A stretch of 64,000 nt of DNA from contig OX597817.1 of NCBI GenBank assembly GCA_951406725.2, positions 14,880,001 to 14,944,000 on the forward strand, given 5' to 3'. The notes under the pieces were generated by a model that saw nothing but the letters and a program-made list of their open reading frames with translations, was not told where the DNA came from and searched no databases. The DNA is from Octopus vulgaris. Its lineage: Eukaryota. Position numbers and translations under genes: made by a program. Within the stretch, counting starts at the first letter, position 1, and every line of letters begins with the position of its first letter. Positions 51,701 to 64,000 of this stretch are shown here, piece after piece.

Positions 51701-53498
51701 TATTTTCCTCTATTATGTTAATAAAAGATAAAAAATTTACCTCCCAAGTTATAAGCAAAAAAAAAGTTTACTAAACTCAAATTTATATACAGGTTTCTTA
51801 GTTTATTGTTAAGGAACAAACTACATAGCATATAACCAAAAGAGGTGAGAAATAAATGTAATTCAATAGCACACTTATTTACATGAATTTAGACAATCTG
51901 CACATCAATAATAAACTGCTGTTACAAAATATTTTTTCAATACTGCACAACAATATATGACTTGGTATTAAAACTAAGGGCTATTGACATAACTGCCATA
52001 AGATTGAAAAGCAACCTTTATTCTGAAATGAAATGTTCTCTAAAATTGACAAGTTTATTGGGCATCATCTTTTACTGAGCAGGGAAGTCCACAAAAGCTT
52101 TACTTGTGAAATATCATATGCTATAAGTCAAACTGCTACCAAACATTTTATGTTTGCAAAAGGCCAACTCAGAAGTGGTCACCCCCCTCCTCCCCAACTC
52201 GAACGAATTTCTGATAGATGAAATTGCTTTACAAGTAAGACAAACTAAAAATACTAAGATACCTAAACTATGATGAATTTATAACATTTTAAAATGAAGC
52301 AATTTTTAACAATACCTCTTTTATGGGTTCATTATCATTACTAAAAATACTAAGATACCTAAACTATGATGAATTTATAACATTTTAAAATGAAGCAATT
52401 TTTAACAATACCTCTTTTATGGGTTCATTATCATTACTAAAAATACTAAGATACCTAAACTATGATGAATTTATAACATTTTAAAATGAAGCAATTTTTA
52501 ACAATACCTCTTTTATGGGTTCATTATCATTACTAAAAATACTAAGATACCTAAACTATGATGAATTTATAACATTTTAAAATGAAGCAATTTTTAACAA
52601 TACCTCTTTTATGGGTTCATTATCATTGATCATTCTTGTCAAGTCCTTCTGTAACTCTTTCTTTACTTCGGCTGATTGTTGGACACGCTTAAAAAAAAAG
52701 AAAAAAGAGGAATGGAGAATCGAGATTTTCAAATAGAGTCAACATTGAAAAAAAAGAAAACGTATTTTTAAATATATAATCAAAAATTCAAGATCAAAAG
52801 GTGAAATGATAAAAATACAACTTACTTGTAAATTAGCAACTGGTCCAAGACCAGCTTCTTGGAAATGATTGAGAAAAGCCTCCTGACTGCGTTTATTTAT
52901 TGGAAATAGTTCCTGCACGGACAAAAAGAAAAAAAGTATGAGTATCAGTTTACAAATTAAAGTAAAAAGAGACATTATATAAACATTTAAGCATGGATTG
53001 AATGGAAACTTACCAAAAGGCGGTTTTCAATTTGAGAACGTTTCATAGCGGCACTCACACTATTAATATCTTTTTCATTCAACCATGTTCGGAACATGAT
53101 AGTGGAAAATTCCAATGATAAACCTTAAATTAAAACAAAAAAAGTTATTCAAATATCCCTAAAGTTTCGGAATTCTTTATAAAACTGATCAAATAAAGTG
53201 ATCGCTAATTTTTTATTGAAATTGAAAATTAGAAATGGAAATTCATGAAATAAATCGCAGAAAATAGGTTCAGTTTATTATTTTAACATACCTTCTTTAA
53301 CAACATGTTGTTCAAAGAGGCTTGAGAGAATTTTTGCTGAGCACAGGCCATTTGCCAAGAACAGCCCTGTGATGATAGCCAACTTACAGCGCTCTTCCTC
53401 ACTGTAAGCTTTGAGGTAAATGAGAATCTGCAAAATAATTGAAGTCAATAAAATACTCTTTCACATTTTATACAAGATTAACATGCATTACTAAATGG

Positions 53499-53540
<42 letters not shown>

Positions 53541-56500
53541 TATATATGGAGTGGTTGGCGTTAGGAAGGGCATCCAGCTGTAGAAACATTGCCAGATTAG
53601 ACTGGAGCCTGGTGCAGCCTTCTGGCTTCCCAGATCCTCGGTCGAACTGTCCAACCCATGCTAGCATGGAGAACGGATGTTAAACGATGATGATATATAT
53701 ACATACATATATACATATATATATTTTTTTTCCGACCAGGCTATCAGATGTTGCTATACATCGCTGGTCACAATGCGCTTCGCATTGCTTTAGCCTTTAA
53801 ATGACGCCACCCCGCTGGCTAAGCGAGCAGGCCAATGTTTATATATATATATATATAAACATTAAAAGCTAAGAAGGATCAGAGAAGTTGAAAATGCAAT
53901 AAGTTCCCCAGAGATCAGATGAAAATAATGGAAACTGAAACCAGTTATATTTTGACAGTTGGGGTTTGTGGCTAATAATTAAAAAGAAAATAAAGCAAGT
54001 GATAAGAACAAATTTGAAAGTAGTCTCTCCTAGTTCTCAGAGATAAGAAAAACGAGGGGGAAAAATATTTCAATTTCAATTTTAGTTAAGTCACAAGCAT
54101 AAGTGCTCCAGTGGCTGTGAAAGTGAAACTGAAGACATTTAACAAATTAATAAAATTAGAATATGATGAAAGTGCTTATCAGTGACTTATGTACTTGCAA
54201 AGGCCTTAATCTCTGCACAATACCAGCAAATAGATTTATTAAAGCTCAAGAGATACAAAGGGATAAACTGGTACACACACACACACACACTGAATAAGCA
54301 AAAAGTGTAAAATTTAGTCAACTTACTTTTTGCAACTCATCTTCAAAAGATCTTTCAAGGTACTTGTACCGTCTAATTAGCTTGAAGAACACCTGAAACA
54401 AATTTAAATACAAAATCAATGAATGGTATTTAATAAGCATCGAAATTTATTTGTCTAAATACTTATGAAAAAAAAATGTACACGCTGTCTCAAAAGATTA
54501 ACCACAAATAATGATTGGTAACATAGCATTAATGAACAAAATGGAACTTACTTCATAAAATGCCTTTAATGTTTCTACATTCTTTTCGGCAGTAAAGACA
54601 CATATATCAGCTCGAGAGGGTTTAGTTGGATCAGTGTCTTGAACAATTAACCCACCAGGTGCTTAACATTAAAAAGAGAAATGTAATTTCAATTTAGTAA
54701 AGATAATTTAATGAAAATGAATTATGAAATTTCAACCATATAATTGTTGCAATTAAGGCAGGGATGGAAGTTTTTTTTTTTAACAGCCATTTTGTTGAAC
54801 AGCAGTAGGACTAGACACTGCAATATCAAACACATACCGTACCTAAACAAATTTTGTTAGTTTTCTTTTTATCTTAATACCCATGTATATAAGAGTCAAT
54901 CAGAAACTGGACAGCTGTTACTAATTTCTAAGTTTTAAAACTATTATACCATTTTCTTGTCCCCCACCTCCACTCCTTGAGAGTGGGATTGTAATTAAAA
55001 AATATATTATAAGCAAAATATTCATCATAAACTAGATGGTTAAAATACTGACAATAGGTGCTCAGGTGCACTACAACTTATCAAAAGGTGCACGCATAAT
55101 ATATAGAATTATGTACAAATGTCAGGAAAGCGAAGTGTATGGAGGGTGGATATCAGGTGTAGTGTTGGCGAATTTCAGGCTGCAATGTCTCATTAGCCAA
55201 CAACTGATACAGGTAGTTTGTTCCATGCTTTAGCAACTGACTGAAAAAATGTTTCCAAAAGTCATGGGAGCTATGCTGTTTTCTGACTTTGCAAGCATAC
55301 CTACACATGTTTAACACATGGAATTCAAAATGGTGCTCAAGGTGGTTGTTGGCATGATGGTTAATAATTTTGTAGGTTTTTACCAAGACAGTTACAGACG
55401 TCAGAGTTTAATGTATCCATGTCCAGGGAAGCAAGGCATCCAGAGTATGGTAGATGCCTGATGGAGGATATTTGCTTAATTGCACATCTCTGTATAGTTT
55501 CCAGAACAATGTACTGAGCAAGATAGGGGTTCCAGACTGGTGATGCAAATTCCAAGCGTGGCCGCACCATAGTCATATACAACTTTAAAAAGATAGCTAG
55601 AGAACAGCTGACAAAAGTCTTGCCAAGTGATGCCAAGACACCCTCGGTCTTCTTGACAATTTTAGAGATGTGCTTTTGTCCAGTGCAAATCACTTGTCAG
55701 TAATGATCAGGCCACATTCACAAGAAGGCTTCTTGATATTATTGTGGAGGGAGTATGTAGGTGCTGGGTTTTTCCTCCCAAAATGCATGATGCTACATTT
55801 GTCCACAGCCAGCTTGTGTTACCAGTCCGTGAACCATTGCTGCAGTGTGTCCAGGTCCAATTGCAAGATAGATCTATAGTGTTCAGGATCTTCCCTTTTT
55901 ATCAAGTTACACTTTGGTGGTGTCATCTGTATATTTCAGGACTGTGGCATTCTTTAAGTTAGCATCTAATGTCATTAAAATATGCAACAAACAAAAGGGG
56001 ACCAAGAACAGTCGCTACCTCTTTTCGGCTGAGAATGAAGGACACCAACCAGTTAAAAAGATCATCTTTCACACCCATTGCAGAGTTTTGCCATAAGTCT
56101 TTTGTGTGACATAGAATCAAAAGCTTTAGCAAAGTCAAGGTAAACAACATCCACCCATGGGCCACAATCAGTGATCTGGGTGAGGTCTTCGACATTGAGA
56201 ACTAATAAAACAACTTGATTGCAGCCTTCAATATGTAACTATTTTAGTGGTGTGGGTGTGAGTTATATGACAAACATTGAAAAAAATATGCCAACTTTTA
56301 GCCTCAATGCTCACAGCAACATTAACCAGTTCCACTGAAAAGCAATGAGGTTATTCCTTATCAAGAAACTAAAAATTTAGAGAAATTGCTTTAAGTATAA
56401 TCATAGATAGAGCATTTTAATAGCCGTAGTTAAAATAAGTAAAGATTACAAAAAGGTGAAGTATTAACACTATACTGCAAAAATCACATCCCTCTAAATA

Positions 56501-59500
56501 CTGGAGAAAATTTTAAATATTCTTTTTCTATCATCATCATCGTTTAACGTCCGTTTTCCGCGCTAGCACGGGTTGGACGGTTCAACCGGGGTCTGGGAAG
56601 CCAGGGGCTGCACCAGGCTTCAGTCTGAACTGGCAGAGTTTCTACAGCTGGATGCCCTTCCCAACGCCAACCACTCCGCGAGTGTAGTGGGTGCTTTTTA
56701 CGTGCCACCTGCACAGGTGCCAGGGGGGCCCGGCATCGGCCATGATCGGTTGGAGCTTTTAACGTGCCACCGGCACGGAAGCCAGCCAAGTCAGCGCTGG
56801 CAATGGCCACGTTCGGATGGTGCTCTTTATGTGCCACCGGCACAGAAGCCAGTCGGGGCGGCGCTGGCATCGGCCTCTATATATTTAAAAATTATAAATG
56901 ACAATATCAGTGAATACTCTTGATGTAAGAATCATTACATTAACAGAAGATAACACAAAGCAAACGAAGAAATAAAAACATTTTTTGGAAGCCAAACTGC
57001 TTTCATTTCCTCATTTGCTTTGCTCTATATTCTTTCTAATTGCCTTCAGAATAAATCTTGCACCAGCCTGCAAACTACAGCAGTACAGGCTCATTGACTA
57101 TGTATAAGATTAGACAAAATTATTACGACTTCCCCAAATCATAGTAATTGGGAAAATGAGATGGAAAACATTCATGGAACTATTTTGAAGGATTCTTGCC
57201 CCAAGTGATGGGTAGATAGTATTATTCATAAAGCCTCATACAAAGTTTAAATATTACACAGTAGCAAAATGTGGGCTTTGAATGCAAAGACTGAAAAGCA
57301 ATGAGGTTATGCTTTATTGGATGCATAAAATTCATGTGTATGAATGTTGGAACATAAATAGACTAAAAGAAAACTATATATAAGAGGAAGGAATTAGATA
57401 CTGTGCACAAGAGAGAAGAGTGCATTGATACAAAGGAAACCCAAGAAAGTAGTGGTGAAGGCTGATCTGTAGAGGCTAAACATCACAAAGATAAGGGACT
57501 GCAACAAGTGGTGAGGTTGTGGGGAAAATCGTCAGAAAAAAATTAGCCTATGATATGAGCCTTTTCTTGATAATTCCATAAAAACCTGTTCTATAACACT
57601 CAGATGGCTTTCACAATGTGGCATTGTTCCCAAATCTAGGTCAGTGATGCAGCTGCAACAGAAAGTCATCCTAAATCTTATCCCGAGTAAGGCCACTTGA
57701 CTGACTGGCATAAAAATCACTCTGACATATACTTCAGTTTCTGCTGCAGAGGCAACTGTTTCCTCTTTGCCTTTTTTCCATTGCTCCTACACTGGCTCTT
57801 CAGTGATGGCTGATTTTATACCATCTCCACTCCAGCACTCTCAACCTTTTTTTTTGTTGTCCACCACCACCCTGACACTAATGACTGTACCCAATCCATC
57901 CTTCCTGGAACAATGACCAGTATGAGTTCCCAGCACATGTCTTTCCTGCAGGTATTGACCAGCAAACAGTTTAAGCAGAATTAAGAGCATTAATTTCAAA
58001 TTCAGAGAGCTAAAAACATGGATACTGACTCTTCTTCCAGAACATAAAGCAAAAAAAAAAAATCTATAGCTATATTAGCTATATAAGGTAGTCAATATAT
58101 TTATTGCAAAGTGTAACAAACACCATCCGATCGCGGCCATGCCAGCCTCACCTGGCCTCCGTGCAGGTGGCACGTAAAAAACACCATCCGAGCGTAGCCG
58201 TTCGCCAGCCTCGTCTGGCACCTGTGTCGGTGGCACATAAAAAGCACCCACTACACTCACGGAGTGGTTGGTGTTAGGAAGGGCATCCAGCTGTAGAAAC
58301 ACCGCCAGATCTGACTGACCTGGTGCAGCCTTCAGGCTTCCCAGACTCCAGTTGAACCGTCCAACCCATGCTAGCATAGAAAGCGGATGTTAAACGATGA
58401 TGATGTTTGTAAATGTGCTTACAAGGGACACATGGAATTTCCATTAAGGATTGGTTACAGCTGCACCAATCAAATGAATAACTACAGTCTAAAGAAGCCC
58501 ACCCACTACTTTCATTACCATTCATGGTATATAACTAAAGCACTTAAAGTAGACAATATCCAGCCAAAATAAAACCAGTCAATTAATGACTACTGCAATA
58601 AATTATATATTCCACTAATCTAATAATCTTAATGGCACTTTTACCTTCATATGACATCCTAAATCTTTTTGAATTTTAGCAAGAAGAAACTCATTCCTGT
58701 GCTAAATTAGAACTTACACTGATATAAATTCAGTTCTACAAAAGAATACTGAAATTCCACATACTTCAATTTAACATTCAGAACTATGTGGTAAAGTGTA
58801 GTTTATTTATAGATATCCAATAATCGGGATCCACTCTTCAATTGGATGACAAAATTACAACTATCATCATTTAACGTCCGTTTTCCGCGCTAGCACAGGT
58901 TGGACGGTTCGACCGGGGTCTGGGAAGCCAGGGGCTGCACCAGGCTCCAGTCTGATCTAGCAGTGTTTCTACAGCTGGATGCCCTTCCTAACGCCAACCA
59001 CTCCGCGAGTGTATCTTTTAAAAATAAACACTACCAACATAAATACTGCATCATGAATAGGTTTACACCAAGATAAATTTCAAAAAAAAAAAAAGTATAT
59101 AAAACAAACTTACCTAATTGTCCTCCAGTAAATAAGATATCAAACAGCACCTCAGCATAACGACGGTAATCAAGACGTGAACCAGCAGTATCAAGATACT
59201 TAATAACCTATGAAGAAAACATTTACAATTAAATAATTTTTCTATGTAATTAGCTCAATAATAATAATTATATCTGAAACTTGTTATGCAACAATAGGGC
59301 AGCCAACTTCACATCAGAAAACTGATTGGCAGGAACAAAAACTTTTGATGAGTCATAGTATACCAAGTGCTATACAATTGGTCACAGTCACCAGTTTAAA
59401 TCATCAGAACTGCAACTTATTGTACCGGGCCACTGATCAATGTAAAGTCTGATAGACTGATAATAGATAGACTAATCTAATAATCCTAATGGCACTTTTA

Positions 59501-61055
59501 CCTTCATATGACATCCTATATCTTTTTGAATTTTAGCAAGAAGAAACTCATTCCTATGCTAAATTAGAACTTACACTGATATAAATTCAGTTCTACGAAA
59601 GAATACTGAAATTCCACATTCAGAACTATGTGGTAAATATATATGACTACCATATATATTATCAGTCTATCAGTATATATTATCAGTCTATAAAAAAAAG
59701 TAACTACACTTTATCACATAGTTCTGAATGTTAAATTGAAGTATGTAGAATTTCAGTATTCTTTCATAGAACTGAATTTATATCAGTGTAAGTTCTAATT
59801 TAGCATAGGAATGAGTTTCTTCTTACTAAAATTCAAAAAGATTTAGGATGTCATATGAAGGTAAAAGTGCCATTAAGATTATTAGACTAGTGGAATATAT
59901 AATTTATTGCAAGATTTATTCTGAAGGCAATTAGTTTACAACTGAAAGTTATCTGTCTCAAATAGCTAGACAAATGAGCTACAGTGACATAACGGTGGAT
60001 ATAAACACTAGTAATATTACATAATCCACTAAGTCATATCAGAGACTACAGACCAACTGAAATAAAGGATTATTTGATCTCAAACAAGAAGTTGATGTTA
60101 ACAGTAAGTCACACAGAAGTTCCTCGCTTTAAAACATAATAATCATGGTGTGTATATACTTAACTGCATATAACAACTCCAAATATCTCTCTTTACTCTT
60201 TTACTTGTTTCAGTCATTTGACTGCGGCCATGCTGGAGCACCGCCTTTAATCGAGCAACTCGACCCCGGGTCTTATTCTTTTGTAAGCCCAGTACTTATT
60301 CTATCGGTCTCTTTTGCCGAACCGCTAAGTAACGGGGATATAAACACACCAGCATCGGTTGTCAAGCGATGTTGGGAGGGGACAGACACAGACACACATG
60401 CATATATACGACGGGCTTCTTTCAGTTTCCGTCTACCAAATCCACTCACAAGGCTTTGGTCGGCCCGAGGCTATAGCAGAAGACACTTGTCCAAGATGCC
60501 ACGCAGTGGGACTGAACCTGGAATCATGTGGTTGGTAAACAAGCTACTTACCACAAAGCCACTCCTATGCACAAAAACATGGAAAATTATCCTTTCATCT
60601 GGAGTTATAATTTACAAGCCTTTCGTCTAAACAAATTACTAAAGTAACAAGAAAAGTTGCCAAAGTGAAAGAATTCTGAGAGAACAAAGTATACAAAGCA
60701 AAGGAGAGATTGATTCAATAATAATTAAAAAAAAACAAAAACAATACAACTCTTACCTGCTCTAAATCATTTGAACACTCATTCAAGCCTAAAATAATGG
60801 CATCACGAAACGATGAAGGATCGTATTTTTCTTTTTCATCTAGCAAAGGAAAAAAAAAGAGGGGCAAATTATAAAATAGCACTTAGAATATGACAATTTG
60901 TAGAATCTTGGAAATTAGTTTCCAGATATTATAAAGAAGCCAAACCAATTAGAAGGACAATTAGACATTTTTAAGAATCAAAATCAAACTTTACCCCTCT
61001 TTCTAGTCTTCAGCCGCTGGCCTGACAATATGGGTTTTGGGGCCTTCTGACTCAT
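48720..61055 (-). CDS. BZW1: Basic leucine zipper and W2 domain protein (eIF5-mimic 5MP, BZW1/2 family), complete, 13 coding exons, 416 aa
   Basis: Exons 61055-60995, 60839-60757, 59207-59114, 54661-54552, 54392-54327, 53427-53292, 53123-53014, 52912-52826, 52687-52604, 51192-51127, 49394-49175, 48948-48826, 48730-48720: [28 protein letters not shown]...[14 protein letters not shown]...[18 protein letters not shown]...[17 protein letters not shown]. Family is clear; BZW1 versus BZW2 cannot be distinguished for an invertebrate gene. Confidence 0.95.
50708..50897 (-). mobile_element. About 190-bp interspersed element with 12-bp flanking direct repeat, carrying the variant hammerhead; partial second copy at 63923-64000
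   Basis: AAAGCTTTAAAA at 50696-50707 and 50898-50909; internal CAATTGCAGCGTGGAAGGTGTTTGTAAG...AACATTTAAG recurs at the window end. Confidence 0.7.
50849..50898 (-). ncRNA. Candidate minimal hammerhead ribozyme with G3-C8 core variant
   Basis: Minus strand TTTGTC-A-GTGAACA-G-GTCGC-GGATTTTA-GCGAC-GAAA-ATAT-TT-C-GACAAA. Confidence 0.55.
52243..52627. repeat. 96-bp tandem repeat, 4 copies, overlapping a BZW exon/intron boundary
   Basis: Donor G positions at 52603, 52507, 52411, 52315 (exact 96-nt period); copies appear identical. Confidence 0.95.
55050..56180 (-). mobile_element. CR1-like LINE remnant; younger 3' ends of the family at about 22670-23050(+) and 35920-36330(+) with (ATT)n tails
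   Basis: Translations [12 protein letters not shown] and [22 protein letters not shown]...LETIQR are typical of the CR1/L2-group RT C-terminus; 3' UTR shared with the other two copies. Confidence 0.8.
56530..56877 (-). mobile_element. RTE 3'-end fragment (other copies 58110-58405 + and 58864-59012 - in the same BZW intron)
   Basis: Same family tail in opposing orientations. Confidence 0.85.
58595..59934. repeat. Local triplication (direct plus inverted) of about 200 bp of BZW intronic DNA
   Basis: About 58595-58805 recurs in direct orientation at about 59472-59637 and inverted at about 59700-59911. Confidence 0.9.
60186..60567 (-). mobile_element. tRNA-derived SINE, family A
   Basis: Reverse-complement copy. 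Confidence 0.85.
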
Positions 61056-63289
61056 AAAAATGCTGCAATAAAATAATTTTAAACTAGTAATCAAGTAAGG
61101 TATTAGCAAACTATATATATAGTCTGTGGTTGATACAAAAGCTTATAAAAACAATGCAAAATGTTTATCACACAGAAGAAACAAAGATATATATATGTAT
61201 ATATATATATATATATAAGGATTTCGGGTAGCAAGTAACACAGAAATTGAAGGATTTAAAAATCTTGTGAATCGTAGAGTAAGGGGAAAAATGGGTGATT
61301 GACTAATTTAAGCGAAACTGACAAAGAAATACAAAAACTAAACTAAACTTTCGCAAGTTAACATCAAAACCAAAACTAAAATAAGATTAATGTACAAATT
61401 TAAAGTTTATTTGGTGCTGAAATGTTGGGGCTTCTTCTGTGCCAATGAAATATGAAATAATATACAAAAGGTTAACCGAAACAAGGTGTGGACTAGAACA
61501 TACTTTCTGAGTTACATGAAAAAAATTAAGGCGTATATGAGGAAAAACACCAATGAAACGATCAAAATTTTTGGTGTGTATATAATATAGTATAATAAAC
61601 AATGAACAAGCGAAGCAAGTGGTTTTTATGTATTTATTTTTGTTATCTCGAGACACTCTCTCGGCTTGAATATAGGTCAGTTTAAAAATAAAATGTCCCA
61701 TTGCAGCAAAAGAGGAAATGCACAAATCGTGTGTGAGATATTTTTTTTCTATTTCTGACAATTAAAAAACAGGAAAGAATAGTGAAGATCATCATCGTCC
61801 TTTTCTAAACAGAGGAAAGTCTTGAAGTCTGTCTAAATGGGTGGGTTTTTTGTTGCCAGTGGGATTCACGATTGCCCATGATTTGTTCCTTCATGGACAA
61901 CTTGTAACACGCTGACTTATCATTTATCAGAACCCAGTCTTCTACAAAAATGCAGCAATTTCTGTAGCTAAAACCAGAAATGATGACATATTTCAGTCTG
62001 ATACACTTCGACTGATGATTTAAGATTAAGATGACAACGACTGAGTGACAGTATAATCTTAAAATAAAGGAATTATGTCGGTTTTAGCTTCTTTTTTATG
62101 GTCTTTTTCTGTCTCTCAAACAGCGTGCTTCCTTCCTTTCTCTCGTCTCATCCGGTCTGAACTGTGTCAAAAAGTGAAGGAGAAAAAAAAATGTTTATGG
62201 CAGAACATTCAGGATAAAGGTAAAGGTCTTTGTGCAGCCGTGAGACATTAATAAAGGAAATGAGACACAGGTAGGAAGAGAAATTTATCTTCAATTAGTC
62301 AGATAATTGCCTGAATAAAAGGCGATATTAAATTACTCGAACTAGCAGCAGAGTGTAGCAGTGCAGCAGGCGGCCATTCGGGTAAAAGTGGAGACGAGAG
62401 AAAAAAGACTCTCGATTCGCCTGGAATTGACGGGAAAACAAGATAAATACCTACTTTGAAATAATGTCTAATGTTTTTTCTTGCTCAATGACTATCGAAT
62501 AAAACAGAAAGAGGGAGATTTACGGAGTAAACTGTCTCAGAAATGTGCGGAATAAAAACGGGCATAAAATCCAGTGAAACTGCAAAAAAATTTGGACAAA
62601 GAAGCTACAGATTGCAAATGGGTAAAGTTCTCAAGCAATTAAGTGTACGGGTTTTTACAAATTTACAGAGGAAAAACACTGGTAAAATATATATATGTAT
62701 GTACGTTATGAAAAACGAGAGTAAATGGCGGCTGGCAAAAGTGGACGAACGGGAAATGTCGAAATCCCTTTCTAAAGAGAGGAAAAAAATGACAAGACTC
62801 GGTTGGCATTTTGTGTGGAAAAGGATGGGAAAAACATAATGGTTCGAAATAAAAATTAATAGGAATAGGGTAATGGTGATAATACCTGGTTACTGTAGAG
62901 TTTGTTGCTTCGTCTGTTAGCAGAGAAAACAGCAGATATTGAAAGAAATGTGGTGAGTTTTTTTTAAAGGAGGAAAAAGGAGTTTCGCTTCCTCCCGTCT
63001 GTCGAATGCCGGAACGAAATCGTTTCTGATTTACGTAAAAAAAAGCAGGCAGGAAATTATTTTATTTTTTATCTGCGATGATGGATGGATATTTTATATA
63101 TATATATAAATATATATATATATAAATATATATATTTATATATCGTTGAGCAGCAGATTTTGGATTTATTTATATTATAATCTAGCTTAGATAAACATCT
63201 AATTGATATGTATGTGTTGGTGGTTGGTTGTTTGGTCCAGAGATGAATGAAGAAATAAATTTTTTTTTGTTTCAAGTGAAGACACTCAC

Positions 63290-63455
63290 CTTAGAGTTTC
63301 TTATCTCCTTTCCTCTCAGAATCTGACTGAATCAATTCTCGCACCAACTTCTCGAGCGAGCCTCGCTTTCACCACCAAACCTCGTCTCACACTCACACTC
63401 ACCCAAACACTCACACTCACACTCAAACACGCACAAACACAACCAAGATGGCAGC
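63290..63455 (-). promoter_or_regulatory. Probable non-coding first exon and TSS region of BZW
   Basis: Strong donor AAG|GTGAGT at 63290/63289; AUG-free GU-rich leader; GCCATCTTG (YY1-type motif) near 63445-63452; acceptor TTGCAG at 61063 lies 7 nt before the ATG. Confidence 0.65.
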
Positions 63456-63521
63456 TTCGTTAAGTTTCTCAACTTCGTCAAGGCTTCTCTTTGTTGTTTG
63501 CCGGCAAACTAAGGTCTGATA

Positions 63522-63922
63522 CCACCACATGATGCATATATTTTATAACATTTGACGGCGATTTGCCCGTTTCACTTCTTTTTTTAACTTCTTTCATACG
63601 ATTTTGTTTAATTACCATTGAATATAAAACGGATCTACTCTGTAAAATCCTTTACTCTGTGTATCTTTTTGTTTTATATTCAACGAAAATCATTAAAAAA
63701 TAAATTGTAAAAGGGGAAAATTCAGTACAAATAGTTTCATAGATTATCAAAATAAAGGAAAACACTTATTTCTTAATTTATTACACCACATGATGCATAT
63801 ATTTTATAACATTTCACTTCTTTCACACGATTTTGTTAACTTATCATTGAATATAAAACGGATCTACTCTGTAAAATCTGTATCTTTTTTTTTATATATT
63901 CAACGAAAATCATTAAAAAATC
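63522..63922. repeat. Diverged direct duplication upstream of the BZW first exon
   Basis: CACCACATGATGCATATATTTTATAACATTT...CAACGAAAATCATTAAAAAAT occurs at about 63522-63701 and 63785-63921 with internal deletions. Confidence 0.8.
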
Positions 63923-64000
63923 ACAATTGCAGCGTGGAAGGTGTTTGTAAGTCATTTAAGAAACACACAAAAACCCATTAGATTCACTTCAACATTTAAG

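Noticed and set aside
61825-61915. Short minus-strand ORF MKEQIMGNRESHWQQ... and donor-like sites at 62886 and about 62451 in BZW intron 1
   Set aside because: No recognisable homology or supported exon structure; alternative first exons cannot be supported without transcripts.
61975-62050. ATGATGA...CTGA pairs suggestive of C/D snoRNAs
   Set aside because: Antisense to the host gene, box spacing too short and no terminal stem.

Overview
Eukaryotic (animal), AT-rich and repeat-dense genomic DNA; the SINE/RTE repertoire suggests an octopus or related cephalopod (inference). Four intron-containing genes were assembled by hand from splice sites and protein similarity: the 3' part of CDT1 (+, 411-10257), PFDN5 (-, 25620-17450, 156 aa), RSU1 (+, 30339-47509, 270 aa) and BZW/5MP (-, 61055-48720, 416 aa, with a likely non-coding first exon near 63290-63455). 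CDT1 and PFDN5 each contain a U12-type (minor spliceosome) GT-AG intron. Most ORFs in the supplied track are noise from repeats. Repeats include tRNA-derived SINEs, RTE, RTE-X-like and CR1-like LINE remnants, non-autonomous Helitrons, piggyBac and hAT MITEs, a mariner relic and microsatellites. The most unusual signals are: several type I hammerhead ribozyme motifs in Penelope-like pieces (one with a swapped G3-C8 core), a 5S rRNA copy fused to an RTE 3' end, a 96-bp tandem quadruplication of a BZW splice donor, a fold-back duplication bracketing a BZW exon, and arrays of pseudoknot-like motifs in the RTE 3' UTR. All calls are by eye; no database search or folding program was run.
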